A stretch of 40,177 nucleotides of DNA from Actinomycetota bacterium (GCA_009886115.1 VFJJ01000197.1:1-40177); one strand, 5' to 3'. Counted from the first letter of the stretch, positions 1 to 8,082 are shown. Numbers and translations: made by a program. The notes: generated by a model from the sequence alone, not told the origin.

Positions 1-94
1 CGGTGCCCGCGGTGCCCGCGGTGCCCGCGGTGCCCGCGGTGCCCGCGGTGCCCGCGGTGCCCGCGGTGCCCGCGGTGCTGCTGCTGCTGCTGCT
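1..94. repeat. In-frame tandem repeat: (CGGTGCCCG) at least 8 copies, followed by (GCT)6
   Basis: Perfect 9-bp units at 1-72 plus a partial unit, and GCT x6 at 77-94. On the minus strand this encodes Ser6-(Thr-Ala-Gly)n inside the DUF222 gene. Confidence 0.95.
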
Positions 95-850
95 GGGACC
101 TTCGTCGGCGAGGCGTTCGGCTCCGACGTGGACGACGACGAGGGGTCGGGCCGGGTTCTGGGCCAGGATCTCGGGATGGCCTGCGCACATGGTGACGAGG
201 GCGTCGGCCATGCGGGCGCCTCGCCGGACGGGTTCGCCGTGTTCGAGCCGGCCTTCTTCGGGCATGTTGTCGGCGAGCCGGTTCAACGTTTCTTCCACGA
301 TGACGGCCTGCTCACCCGAGAGCTGTCCCCGGATCCGGAGTGTCGAGTCGTGTCGGCGGATGAGTTGCACGAACCGTTCCTGATGCTGGGAGAGCGCATC
401 CTTCGCACTGACGGGACGTAACGCTCGGGCCTTGACGACCGTGGAGTGATACGACCAGCCCGGAGCTTGCTCGGCGAGCTCGGCATCAAGGCCGGAATCG
501 GGCTCGGCACCGGCGTCGGCACCGGCGTCGGCGGTGGCGACGGGGGCGAGGACCTGGAGTTGGTCCCACGACAGGCGACCTTGACGCCAGGCCTGCATGA
601 GCGCGGGGATGGCCGGGGCCCGGGTGGCGATGGCAACCTCACGACGAGCGGTTGCCAGTGACAGGTTCGCCCGGGCTGCCAGCCAGGTGGCCGTGTCGGG
701 CATCCCGTCGACCCGGAAGCCTTGAGCCTCGTCGAACGCGGCGATCACATCGATCAACTCGGCATGAACAGCCGTCATCAACGCTCGCAACTCACCGAGC
801 GTGTCGGCCAACTCCTCCGGTTCGATATCGGCGAATCGGGTCCAGTCCAT
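1..850 (-). CDS. DUF222 (13E12/REP13E12-type) protein, probably an HNH endonuclease; 3' end runs off the window
   Basis: Not in the ORF track because it has no stop in the window. Manual translation from ATG 850 is open to the edge: MDWTRFADIEPEELADTLGELRALMTAVHAELIDVIAAFDEAQGFRVDGMPDTATWLAARANLSLATARREV...AWRQGRLSWDQL...LRIRGQLSGEQAVIVEETL...ARMADALVTMC...PLVVVHV, the typical DUF222 pattern. The HNH domain is expected beyond the window and is not seen. Confidence 0.85.
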   Translation of the reverse strand, partial: MDWTRFADIEPEELADTLGELRALMTAVHAELIDVIAAFDEAQGFRVDGMPDTATWLAARANLSLATARREVAIATRAPAIPALMQAWRQGRLSWDQLQVLAPVATADAGADAGAEPDSGLDAELAEQAPGWSYHSTVVKARALRPVSAKDALSQHQERFVQLIRRHDSTLRIRGQLSGEQAVIVEETLNRLADNMPEEGRLEHGEPVRRGARMADALVTMCAGHPEILAQNPARPLVVVHVGAERLADEGPSSSSSSTAGTAGTAGTAGTAGTAGTAGTAGT

Positions 851-858
851 CGACCGTC

Positions 859-880
859 ATGATACCAGGGGAGTACGACA
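859..880 (-). promoter_or_regulatory. RecA-NDp/PafBC-type DNA-damage promoter of the DUF222 gene (leaderless)
   Basis: Minus strand reads TGTCGT-N10-TATCAT-N8-ATG. The mycobacterial PafBC motif is TGTCGG-N10-TANNNT, so there is one mismatch and the spacing is exact. Confidence 0.7.
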
Positions 881-1078
881 GTAATGACCTCCTCCACGAC
901 CAAAAGAAGAGATGCAATTTGAACCACCGGACATGACCCGGAGACAGTCATCGTCACATCGAGATGGGGTGACCGATCAACGAGCCGATATCATCGCCAC
1001 CGACCTTGGCGACGGGGGTTGTGCGGTCGTTTCTCGCCAATGACGGATGCGGTGCGAGCGGGCAGCGCTGTCCACGAG

Positions 1079-1108
1079 TCGACAGTCGAACACATGTTCG
1101 ACTACGAT
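1079..1108 (+). promoter_or_regulatory. LexA SOS box inside the spacer of a sigmaA-type promoter
   Basis: TCGAAC-ACAT-GTTCGA at 1086-1101 is a perfect actinobacterial SOS box (TCGAAC-N4-GTTCGA; the palindrome extends over 1084-1103). It lies between TCGACA (-35-like, 1079-1084) and TACGAT (-10, 1103-1108), which are 18 bp apart. Confidence 0.85.
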
Positions 1109-1168
1109 GGACCGGGTCGAACCCGGTGTCGCCGATCTCGGCGACACCGACGTGCGCGAGGAGCTCCG

Positions 1169-1582
1169 ATGGCCCGTGAAGATCCCAGCGTGGTCGCTCT
1201 GGTCTCCGACCTCATCGACCGGTCGCGTATCCAGGGCGTCATCGCTGGTGTGCGATTCGCCGGGACGCCCACGGCGGCGGCCAGCATCGGGGGCGACGTG
1301 GTCGTGGTCGACCTGGTCCGCTTCGTCGCCGCGATCGCACCGTTGCGGGCCACGCTCCCCGACGCTCGGATCGTGGCCTTCGGGCCGCACGTCGACGACG
1401 TCGGCGCGGCCGCAGCCCGCGACGCCGGCGCCGACCTCGTCGTTGCCCGTTCGCGTTTCTTCCGCCAGATCCGCCGCTGCGTGCTCGATGTCGACGGCGC
1501 CGAGACCAACCCCGACGACCCCGACGACACCGACGACCCCGAGACCAACCCCGACGACACCGACGACACCGAGACCGACTGA
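1169..1582 (+). CDS. Small atypical CheY-like receiver-domain protein with an acidic repeat tail (137 aa)
   Basis: RBS GAGGAG at 1158-1163. Receiver-like pattern VVALVSD...VVVVDL...IVAFGPHVD...AARDAGADLVVARS; tail ETNPDDPDDTDDPETNPDDTDDTETD. Confidence 0.65.
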   Translation: MAREDPSVVALVSDLIDRSRIQGVIAGVRFAGTPTAAASIGGDVVVVDLVRFVAAIAPLRATLPDARIVAFGPHVDDVGAAAARDAGADLVVARSRFFRQIRRCVLDVDGAETNPDDPDDTDDPETNPDDTDDTETD

Positions 1583-1597
1583 GTCAGCCCAGGGGCG

Positions 1598-2350
1598 TCA
1601 GATCATGGGCCAGGGGTAGGGGTAGTCGGTGCGGGGCTCGGGGAGGACGGCCTCGCTGGTGAGCGCGTCGACGCGCATCCAGAGCGCCTCGAGCTCGTAG
1701 GGCGAGAGCAGATTCGCCAGGCGGCTGCGGTGCGGCTTGAGCAGCACCGAGCTCAGGACCCGGAGCTCGTCGAGGGTGGCGTCGTCGAGGGGATCGCCGA
1801 TGAAGTCCCAGATGACCGTCCGGAGCTTGTGGTCGTCGTGGAACGTGAGGCCGTGGTCGATGCCGACGATCGTCCCGTCGACGGTGGAACGCAGCACGTG
1901 CCCGGCCTTGCGGTCGGCGTTGTTCACCACCACGTCGAACGCAGCGAAGGCGCGGAACCGGTCGGGATGCTCATCGCGGAGGGTGAGGTAGTGGTCGTTG
2001 GGATCGTGGGGAACGAACTCCTGCACCATGCCCTCGCCGTGCGGCCCGTCCCGCAGCACCGTGCGGGGCACCACGTCCCAGCCCAGCAGCTCGGAGACCT
2101 CGAACGCCGCCACTTCACGCTGGCAGAGCGTCCCGGCCGTGAAGTCCCAGAGGGGCCGCTCGCCACGCCGGGGCTTGTAGATCACGAGCATCTCGGCGTC
2201 GTCGAGCACCGCCGTGCCGAGGAAGGTGGCGTTCGACGAGTACCGCATCCGCCCGAGGAGCTGTAGCTCACCACACGCGAGCACCCCGGCCCGTTGCTCG
2301 GGCGGCAGCTGCGGGGGAACGGGAAATCCGGCGAGGGTGGCGTCGGCCAT
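1598..2350 (-). CDS. SCO1664 family protein (PI3/4-kinase-like fold)
   Basis: Motifs YSSNATF, IYKPRRGERPLWDF, REVAAF, NNADRKAGH, IDHGLTFH, KLRTVIW and a PYPWP C-terminus. Start moved to ATG 2350, just after the DUF3090 stop. Confidence 0.9.
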   Translation of the reverse strand: MADATLAGFPVPPQLPPEQRAGVLACGELQLLGRMRYSSNATFLGTAVLDDAEMLVIYKPRRGERPLWDFTAGTLCQREVAAFEVSELLGWDVVPRTVLRDGPHGEGMVQEFVPHDPNDHYLTLRDEHPDRFRAFAAFDVVVNNADRKAGHVLRSTVDGTIVGIDHGLTFHDDHKLRTVIWDFIGDPLDDATLDELRVLSSVLLKPHRSRLANLLSPYELEALWMRVDALTSEAVLPEPRTDYPYPWPMI

Positions 2351-2358
2351 CGGGCAGC

Positions 2359-3006
2359 TCAGTTCATCCCTGGGCAGCCCTGCCAGTTCTGCTGCGGACA
2401 GCCCTGGCGCTCGGGTTCCATCGGGAGGCGGCACAGCTCGCAGATCGGCCGTCCTGCGGCCACCACCCGAGCGGCCTGCTGGGCCAGCGCCCGCATCTGG
2501 GCCCGCGTCGCGAGCACCCGCACCAACCGCCCCGTCGGCTCGGCCCCGAACGAGGGATGGGCGCCCGAGACGCGTGGCCGACCCTGCTCGTCCACGTCGG
2601 CCTCGCTGGTCCCCGTGGGATCGTCGGCATCGTCGGGGTCTTCGTCGTCGGTCTCCGCCGCGGGTGCAGGATCGTTGAACTCCTGCAGCTCGAGCACGAT
2701 GAGACCACGTCCCACGTCGAAGCCCAACCGGATCTGCCGGGCCCGGAAGTTGGGTTCGGTGGGTTCCTGGAGGGCGGCCGCGGCGGCAGGGACATCGGAG
2801 CCCGGATCGTTGGGGAGACGACGATCGAGCTGCTCGAGCAGGGCCAATGCGTGTCGGGCCAGCGCCGCGACCTGCTGCTTCTCGACCAGGACGGTGATCT
2901 GGAGCGATCCGGCCTCGGCCTGGATCAAGAAGGCGCGCTGGCCCGGCTCGCCCACGGCGCCGGCCCCGAGCCGATCGACCGGGTCGAGCTCGATGGCCTC
3001 GGTCAT
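2359..3006 (-). CDS. DUF3090 family protein
   Basis: GAVGEPGQRAFLIQA, EKQQVAAL and the C-terminal VVAAGRPICELC...P...GCP motif; conserved position between the phosphomutase and SCO1664 genes. Confidence 0.9.
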   Translation of the reverse strand: MTEAIELDPVDRLGAGAVGEPGQRAFLIQAEAGSLQITVLVEKQQVAALARHALALLEQLDRRLPNDPGSDVPAAAAALQEPTEPNFRARQIRLGFDVGRGLIVLELQEFNDPAPAAETDDEDPDDADDPTGTSEADVDEQGRPRVSGAHPSFGAEPTGRLVRVLATRAQMRALAQQAARVVAAGRPICELCRLPMEPERQGCPQQNWQGCPGMN

Positions 3007-3749
3007 CCTGGGCCGTCGGAGGGTCCCGCCGCGGCTTCCGGCGGTTCCGCCGCCGTTCCCGGCGGCTCGGTCGGGGCCTCTGGGGGCGGTGGAAGCATCT
3101 CGGCGAACCCGCCGGTGTCGTTGAACTTCACGACAGCGGCACCGTGGGGACCGATCGTCAGCCCGGTCACCGACGCCGGCGAGATCACCAGCCGTTGGAA
3201 CTGGTCGAGGTGCGTCCCGGCGAAATGGGCGACGGCCGCCTTGATCACGTCGGCGTGCGAGACGATGACGACGAGCTCACCGGCATGGCGGCCCGCCACC
3301 TCCTCGACGGCGGCAACGGCGCGGTTTTGCATCTCGCGGATCGACTCACCCTCGGGGAACCGGGCCAGCGACGGGGTGCGCTGCACCTGCTTCCAGATCT
3401 CGGTGGAGACGAGGTCCTTGATCTGCTGACCGGTCCAGGTGCCGTACTCGGCCTCGATCATGCCGTCGAGTCGTACCACGTCGAGCCCGTGGTGTGATGC
3501 GATGGCCGCCGCCGTCTGCATGGTCCGCTCGATGGGGCTGGCGTAGATCGCCGAGACGGGCAGGTCCTTCAGGCGCTCGCCCACGTCGGCTGCCTGGGCC
3601 TGCCCTTCTTCGGAGAGATCGATGCCGGGCAGTCGGCCCGAGAGGATCGGACCCGTCTGGTGGGTGACCGCGTGCCGCACCAGCAGCACCCGGGTCGGCG
3701 GCGGGGTCCGAGGGGCGGCGGCGGGGTCCGCCTGCGAGGGTTCGGGCAT
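3003..3749 (-). CDS. Histidine phosphatase / MSMEG_4193-family putative phosphomutase
   Basis: LLVRHA, LSGRLPGIDL, SPIERTMQTA, EAEYGTWTG, FPEGES, SHADVIK. The start ATG 3749 is preceded by TACCCT at 6 nt (leaderless). Confidence 0.9.
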   Translation of the reverse strand: MPEPSQADPAAAPRTPPPTRVLLVRHAVTHQTGPILSGRLPGIDLSEEGQAQAADVGERLKDLPVSAIYASPIERTMQTAAAIASHHGLDVVRLDGMIEAEYGTWTGQQIKDLVSTEIWKQVQRTPSLARFPEGESIREMQNRAVAAVEEVAGRHAGELVVIVSHADVIKAAVAHFAGTHLDQFQRLVISPASVTGLTIGPHGAAVVKFNDTGGFAEMLPPPPEAPTEPPGTAAEPPEAAAGPSDGPG

Positions 3750-3830
3750 CGCGCGAGGGTACGCGGTCTCGTCGCACGTGTGCGGAGGAAAGCTCGTGTC
3801 ACGAGCATTTCTGCCGGAAGCCAGCGGAGG

Positions 3831-3865
3831 ATCGGAACAACACCGAGAATCGGAACAACACCGAG
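3831..3865. repeat. Tandem duplication of ATCGGAACAACACCGAG (18-bp period)
   Basis: Exact copies at 3831-3847 and 3849-3865. Each unit is a mini-hairpin TCGG-N7-CCGA. Confidence 0.9.
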
Positions 3866-3869
3866 CACG

Positions 3870-4097
3870 GCCGGTGTGGCGCGGTCCCCGTCCCGCACCA
3901 GATCGCGAGCGACCCGGGGGACGGGGACCCCGCAGGCTGCCTCCCCGCAGCGACCCCGCGACGGGACCGCATGAGCGGGGCCCGTCGTGACCAAGGTGGG
4001 ACGGGCTCGCTACTGGCTCCCCGCCGGCCAAGCGACCGAGTACGGCCGGCGGATCATCGCTTCCCCGAGGCCCTGCGCAGGCAGGGAGCCTCGATGC
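3870..4097 (-). ncRNA. Candidate structured RNA of unknown family
   Basis: Five consecutive stems (4066-4093, 4021-4052, 3980-4006, 3936-3951, 3883-3929), a kink-turn-like motif, G-U pairs that work only on the minus strand, and a CATACT -10-like box at 4107-4102. Both flanking genes have their own leaderless -10 boxes. Confidence 0.5.
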
Positions 4098-4157
4098 CTG
4101 CAGTATGGCGCATCGTGACCCCGGGGCCAATGAGACGAGCGACCTATGCTCGCTTTC

Positions 4158-4601
4158 ATGACGGATGCCCAGCCTGTCCGGTTGACCGCCGGTCTCCCCC
4201 AGACCGTGATCCCGCCCGAGCCCGCCGCCGTCCTCGACGCCCTCGCCGCAGCGGTGCGCGAGCCAGAGCCCGCGGCCCGCAAGGCGGCGGTGGCGCTGGT
4301 TGCGGGCGGCCGTCCCCGATTCCTCGCCGCCTGGGCCACGCTGGCCGAGCTGGCCGACGATCCCGTGGAGTCCTACGCCTACGCGCGGGTGGGGTATCAC
4401 CGGGGCCTCGACCAGCTGCGCGCCGCAGGGTGGCGCGGATCGGGCTACTGCCGGTGGACGCACGAGTCGAACCGGGGCTTCCTCCGTTCGCTCGAGGCGC
4501 TCCGAGCGGCGGCCGAGCGCATCGGCGAGGCCGACGAGGCCGCCCGCTGTGCCGAGTTCCTCCTCCAGCTCGACCCCGAATGGACCCGCCGGTCGGTGTG
4601 A
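4158..4601 (+). CDS. DUF3151 family protein
   Basis: AYARVGYHRGLDQLRAAGWRGSG...WTHESNRGFLR...IGEADEAARCAEFLLQLDP. The -10 TATGCT (4145-4150) sits 7 nt before ATG 4158. Confidence 0.9.
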   Translation: MTDAQPVRLTAGLPQTVIPPEPAAVLDALAAAVREPEPAARKAAVALVAGGRPRFLAAWATLAELADDPVESYAYARVGYHRGLDQLRAAGWRGSGYCRWTHESNRGFLRSLEALRAAAERIGEADEAARCAEFLLQLDPEWTRRSV

Positions 4602-4651
4602 TCCACCGCTCGCCGATTCCTCCTCGATTCTCCTCGAGTGCCCTCTCGAGC

Positions 4652-6310
4652 TCAGGTGCCGCCGGCCGGGCCGACGAGCTCGGGGACGATCTCGCTGGCG
4701 GCATGACGGGCCCGCAGCACCTTCTTGTCGAACTTGCCGACGGAGGTCTTGGGCACCTCGGCGATGAACGCCCACCGCTCGGGCAGCCACCACCGGGCCA
4801 CCTGGGGCGCCAGGAACGCCGACAGCGCTGCTGCGGTGGCCGCACCGGCGGTGACCCCCTCGCGCAGCACGACACAGGCCATCGGGCGCTCGTCCCACCG
4901 TTCGTCGGGCACCCCGATCACCGAGGCCTCGACCACGTCGGGATGGGCCATGATCAGGTTCTCGAGCTCGACGGTCGAGATCCACTCGCCGCCGGACTTC
5001 ACGACGTCCTTGGCCCGGTCGGTGATCTGCACGAAGCCATGGTCGTCGACGTTGGCGATGTCGCCCGTGCGCAGCCACCCGTCGTGGAACTTCCCGGGGT
5101 CGGGGTCGAGGTGGTACGACGCCGTCACCCACGGGCCTCGTACCTCGATCTCGCCGACGCTCTCACCGTCCCACGGCAGCTCGTTGCCGTCGTCGTCGCA
5201 GATCCGAAGCTCGACGCCGGGGATGACGCGACCCGTGCGCACCCGCCAGGCCATCTGCGACTCGGCGTCGGTCGCGGCATCCTTCGGGGGATGGCCCATG
5301 GCGGCGAGCGGGCTGGTCTCGGTCATGCCCCAGCCCTGGATCATCCTCACGCCGAAGCGTTGCTCGAGCTTCTCCATGAGCGAACGGGGGACGGCCGACC
5401 CGCCGCACATGACCATTCGAAGTGACGAGAGGTCGATCTCGTTGCTCTCGCCGAAGCGCACGATGTCGGCCCAGATCGTGGGGACAGCGCCCGAGAACGT
5501 GGGGCGCTCGGCCGCGATGAGGCGAGTGAGCGGCTCGGCCTGGAGGTACTGCTGGGGCATGAGCAGGTCGGCACCGGCCATGAACGCCGCGTAGGGCATC
5601 CCCCAGGCGTTGGCGTGGAACATCGGCACGATGGTCAACAGCGTGTCGGTCTCGCAGACCCCCAGCACCGCTGCCGAGGTGATCGCCAGCGAGTGGAGCC
5701 AGGCCGAGCGATGGCTGTAGGCCACACCCTTGGGGTTGCCGGTGGTGCCGCTCGTGTAGCACATGGCGCAGGCCGAGCGTTCGTCGATGTCGGGCCACGG
5801 GTAGCTGGGCGGGGCCGCTTCGAGGAGCGCCTCGTAGTCGTGCACCTCGTAGCCCGGGCCGCCGTCGAGCACGGCTCGGTCGCCGGGGCCGGTGACGATG
5901 ATGTGCTCGACGGTCGTGAGCTCGTCTTTCACCCGGGCGAGCAGAGGCAGGATCGACCCGTTGGCGATGACGACGCGGTCGTGCGCGTGGTTGGCCACGT
6001 AGGCGAGTTGCTCGGGGAACAGCCTGATGTTGAGCGTGTGCAGCACAGCGCCCATCGAGGGGACCGCCAGGTAGGCCTCGACGTGCTCCTGGTTGTTCCA
6101 CATGAACGTGCCGACCCGGTCGCCGGGGTTCATCCCCAGTGTCGCCAGCGCCCCGGCCAGCCGCTCGGCCCGATCGCCGACCTGAGCGAAGCTCGCCCGC
6201 CGGCAGTGGTCGCCCTCGAAGGTGATCACCTCGCTGGTCGCATGCACCCGACGGCCGTGGCGGAGGATCATCTGCACCGAGAGGGGGAAGTCCTGCATCG
6301 TGCTCAACAT
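4652..6310 (-). CDS. Medium/long-chain fatty acid--CoA ligase (AMP-binding family)
   Basis: YTSGTTGNPKG P-loop, PMFHANAWG, GWGMTE, GWLRTGD, DRAKDVVKSGGEWIS, PKTSVGKFDKK; RBS AGGAGG before ATG 6310. Confidence 0.95.
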   Translation of the reverse strand: MLSTMQDFPLSVQMILRHGRRVHATSEVITFEGDHCRRASFAQVGDRAERLAGALATLGMNPGDRVGTFMWNNQEHVEAYLAVPSMGAVLHTLNIRLFPEQLAYVANHAHDRVVIANGSILPLLARVKDELTTVEHIIVTGPGDRAVLDGGPGYEVHDYEALLEAAPPSYPWPDIDERSACAMCYTSGTTGNPKGVAYSHRSAWLHSLAITSAAVLGVCETDTLLTIVPMFHANAWGMPYAAFMAGADLLMPQQYLQAEPLTRLIAAERPTFSGAVPTIWADIVRFGESNEIDLSSLRMVMCGGSAVPRSLMEKLEQRFGVRMIQGWGMTETSPLAAMGHPPKDAATDAESQMAWRVRTGRVIPGVELRICDDDGNELPWDGESVGEIEVRGPWVTASYHLDPDPGKFHDGWLRTGDIANVDDHGFVQITDRAKDVVKSGGEWISTVELENLIMAHPDVVEASVIGVPDERWDERPMACVVLREGVTAGAATAAALSAFLAPQVARWWLPERWAFIAEVPKTSVGKFDKKVLRARHAASEIVPELVGPAGGT

Positions 6311-6452
6311 GGTGGCCTCCTGAGCCGCTGTGTCGTCGGGGCTGCGGGGTCGTGAGCAGCCGTCGCGCTCGAGTGCGTCGTGGCATCGCCGGCTCAGCCG
6401 GGATGAGCGCGCCGATCGCAGCGCAGGATACGAGCGCGCCACACTGTTGGCC

Positions 6453-8000
6453 ATGAGCGCGACCGCCGGCCCGATCGTCGAGACCGTCGCGGGCCGGATC
6501 GCCGGCGCCGCGACCTCGAACGGCATCACCGTCTTCCGGGGGGTGCCCTACGGCGGATCGGCCGCGGGGGCCCAGCGATTCCGCCTGCCGACGCCGCCGA
6601 CGCCGTGGGCGGGTGTTCGCGCTGCCGTCGAGTTCGGCCCCGCAGCCCAGCAACGCCAGATCCCGTGGTTGGCTCAGCTCCTGCCGGGGATGGGCACCGG
6701 GGAGCTGAGCGAGGACTGCCTCTCGCTCAACGTCTGGACGCCGGGGTGCGATCCCGCAGCGAAGCGCCCCGTGATGGTGTGGGTCCACGGCGGCGCGTTC
6801 ACGATCGGCTCGGGCGCCGAGCCGTGGTACGAGGGCTCCAAGCTCGCGCGGCGGGGCGATGTCGTTGTCGTGACCGTCAACTACCGGTTGGGTATCTTCG
6901 GCTTCGCCGCGCTGGCGGGCGCCGGCCAGGGAGCGCTCGTCGACGCAGCGGTGGCCAACGCCGGGCTGCACGATCAGGTCGCGGCGTTGCGGTGGGTCCG
7001 CGACAACGTGACCTCCTTCGGGGGTGATCCAGCCAACGTGACGATCTTCGGGGAGTCGGCCGGGGCCATGTCGGTGAGCGCCCTGCTGGGCATCCCGAGC
7101 GCCCGAGGGCTGTTCCACCGGGCGATCGCCCAGAGCGGCGCCGCCCATCATGTGGCTCCGGCTGCCCATGCGGGCGAGGTGGTCGATCGGATGCTGCATG
7201 CGCTCGACCTCGACGCTTCCTCGGCGAGCCGCTTGCGCGACATGCCCGTCGAACGGCTGCTCGAGGTGCAGCTCGAGATGGAGCTCCGAACCTGGTCGGA
7301 CGCCGACGCCCATCACCTGGCGTTCTGCCCCGTGGTCGACGGCGATCTGCTGCCCGCGCACCCGCTCGATGCGATCCGTGCGGGGAGCGCCGCAGGCGTC
7401 GCTCTCCTCGCGGGCTCGAACCGCAACGAATGGAACCTGTTCCAGTTCCTCGACCCCGACCTCAACCGTCTCGACGACGTCCGCTTCGTGGAGCGCTGCG
7501 AAGCCCTCTACCCCGGACACGGCGCCGAACTGGCGGCCGCCTACGTCGACGCCCATCCCGCGGCCACACCCTGGCAACGGCTCCTGGAGCTGCGGACCGA
7601 CTGGGGATTCCGGGTACCGGCGCTCCAGCTGCTCGAAGCGCAAGCCGTCCACAGCGCGCACACGTACCGCTACGAGTTCGCGTGGCCGTCGCCGGCCATG
7701 GGAGGCATGCTCGGGGCCTGTCACGCCTTGGAGCTCCCGTTCGTGTTCGACACCCACGACGTGCCCGGGACGGCCGTCTTCACCGGTGAGGGAGCGGCCG
7801 TCGACCGCCTCACCCGGGCGATGCAGGACGCCTGGATCGCCTTCGCCCGCACGGGCAACCCGAACCATGACGGGCTTGCGGCCTGGCCCGGTGCCATCGC
7901 TGCCGCCGGTCGTCCCTGCCTGGTGCTCGACGAGACCATCCACGTCGACCCGGGTCGAGACGATGCCGATCACCACGCGTTCTGGCGCCGGCACCGCTAG
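6453..8000 (+). CDS. Type B carboxylesterase/lipase
   Basis: SEDCLSLNVW, WVHGGAF, NYRLG, FGESAG (nucleophile Ser), SNRNE (acid), ACHALE (His). Confidence 0.95.
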   Translation: MSATAGPIVETVAGRIAGAATSNGITVFRGVPYGGSAAGAQRFRLPTPPTPWAGVRAAVEFGPAAQQRQIPWLAQLLPGMGTGELSEDCLSLNVWTPGCDPAAKRPVMVWVHGGAFTIGSGAEPWYEGSKLARRGDVVVVTVNYRLGIFGFAALAGAGQGALVDAAVANAGLHDQVAALRWVRDNVTSFGGDPANVTIFGESAGAMSVSALLGIPSARGLFHRAIAQSGAAHHVAPAAHAGEVVDRMLHALDLDASSASRLRDMPVERLLEVQLEMELRTWSDADAHHLAFCPVVDGDLLPAHPLDAIRAGSAAGVALLAGSNRNEWNLFQFLDPDLNRLDDVRFVERCEALYPGHGAELAAAYVDAHPAATPWQRLLELRTDWGFRVPALQLLEAQAVHSAHTYRYEFAWPSPAMGGMLGACHALELPFVFDTHDVPGTAVFTGEGAAVDRLTRAMQDAWIAFARTGNPNHDGLAAWPGAIAAAGRPCLVLDETIHVDPGRDDADHHAFWRRHR

Positions 8001-8005
8001 TTCCA

Positions 8006-8056
8006 CGTTCTTTGCGTCTGAAACCGCGCCCGGCGTGGCCGTGGACGCAAAGAACG
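8006..8056. repeat. REP/MITE-like palindromic element, copy 1 (may also act as a terminator between convergent genes)
   Basis: CGTTCTTTGCGTC-N25-GACGCAAAGAACG, a perfect 13-bp inverted repeat; homologous copy at 28775-28829. Confidence 0.8.
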
Positions 8057-8082
8057 GGAGGTTCGGCGGGTGGGCGTCAGGC

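Noticed and set aside
1..78. Repeat array as a possible CRISPR
   Set aside because: 9-bp head-to-tail units with no spacers and no cas genes.
3..936. Plus-strand ORFs, including the (AVP)n-poly-Leu ORF at 3-383
   Set aside because: They are antisense shadows of the minus-strand DUF222 gene, which has recognisable motifs and its own promoter.
3785..3830. GAGGAAAG (RNase P-like) and GCCGGAAG (SRP-like) words
   Set aside because: The remaining conserved RNase P and SRP elements are absent.
3870..4097. T-box, cobalamin riboswitch or 6S RNA identity for the structured region
   Set aside because: Partial echoes exist (GCGAUGA...GGAGC, GGGAAG, GAGCCAG, CCCACCUUG), but the T-box UGGNACC bulge, the cobalamin core and the long 6S rod cannot be found; left unassigned.
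3750..5132. Long N-terminal extension of the 709-aa track ORF, and similar extensions at 6330, 10002, 12413, 13571, 20000, 25659, 25853, 27184, 28713 and 35859
   Set aside because: Stop-poor GC-rich DNA. The extensions overlap other genes or intergenic elements, and better starts with an RBS or -10 box lie downstream.
5163..8006. 947-aa minus-strand ORF and other long Arg/Gly/Pro-rich ORFs (for example 9606-11852 and 33817-36069)
   Set aside because: Antisense or alternative frames of well-supported genes, with no motifs of their own.
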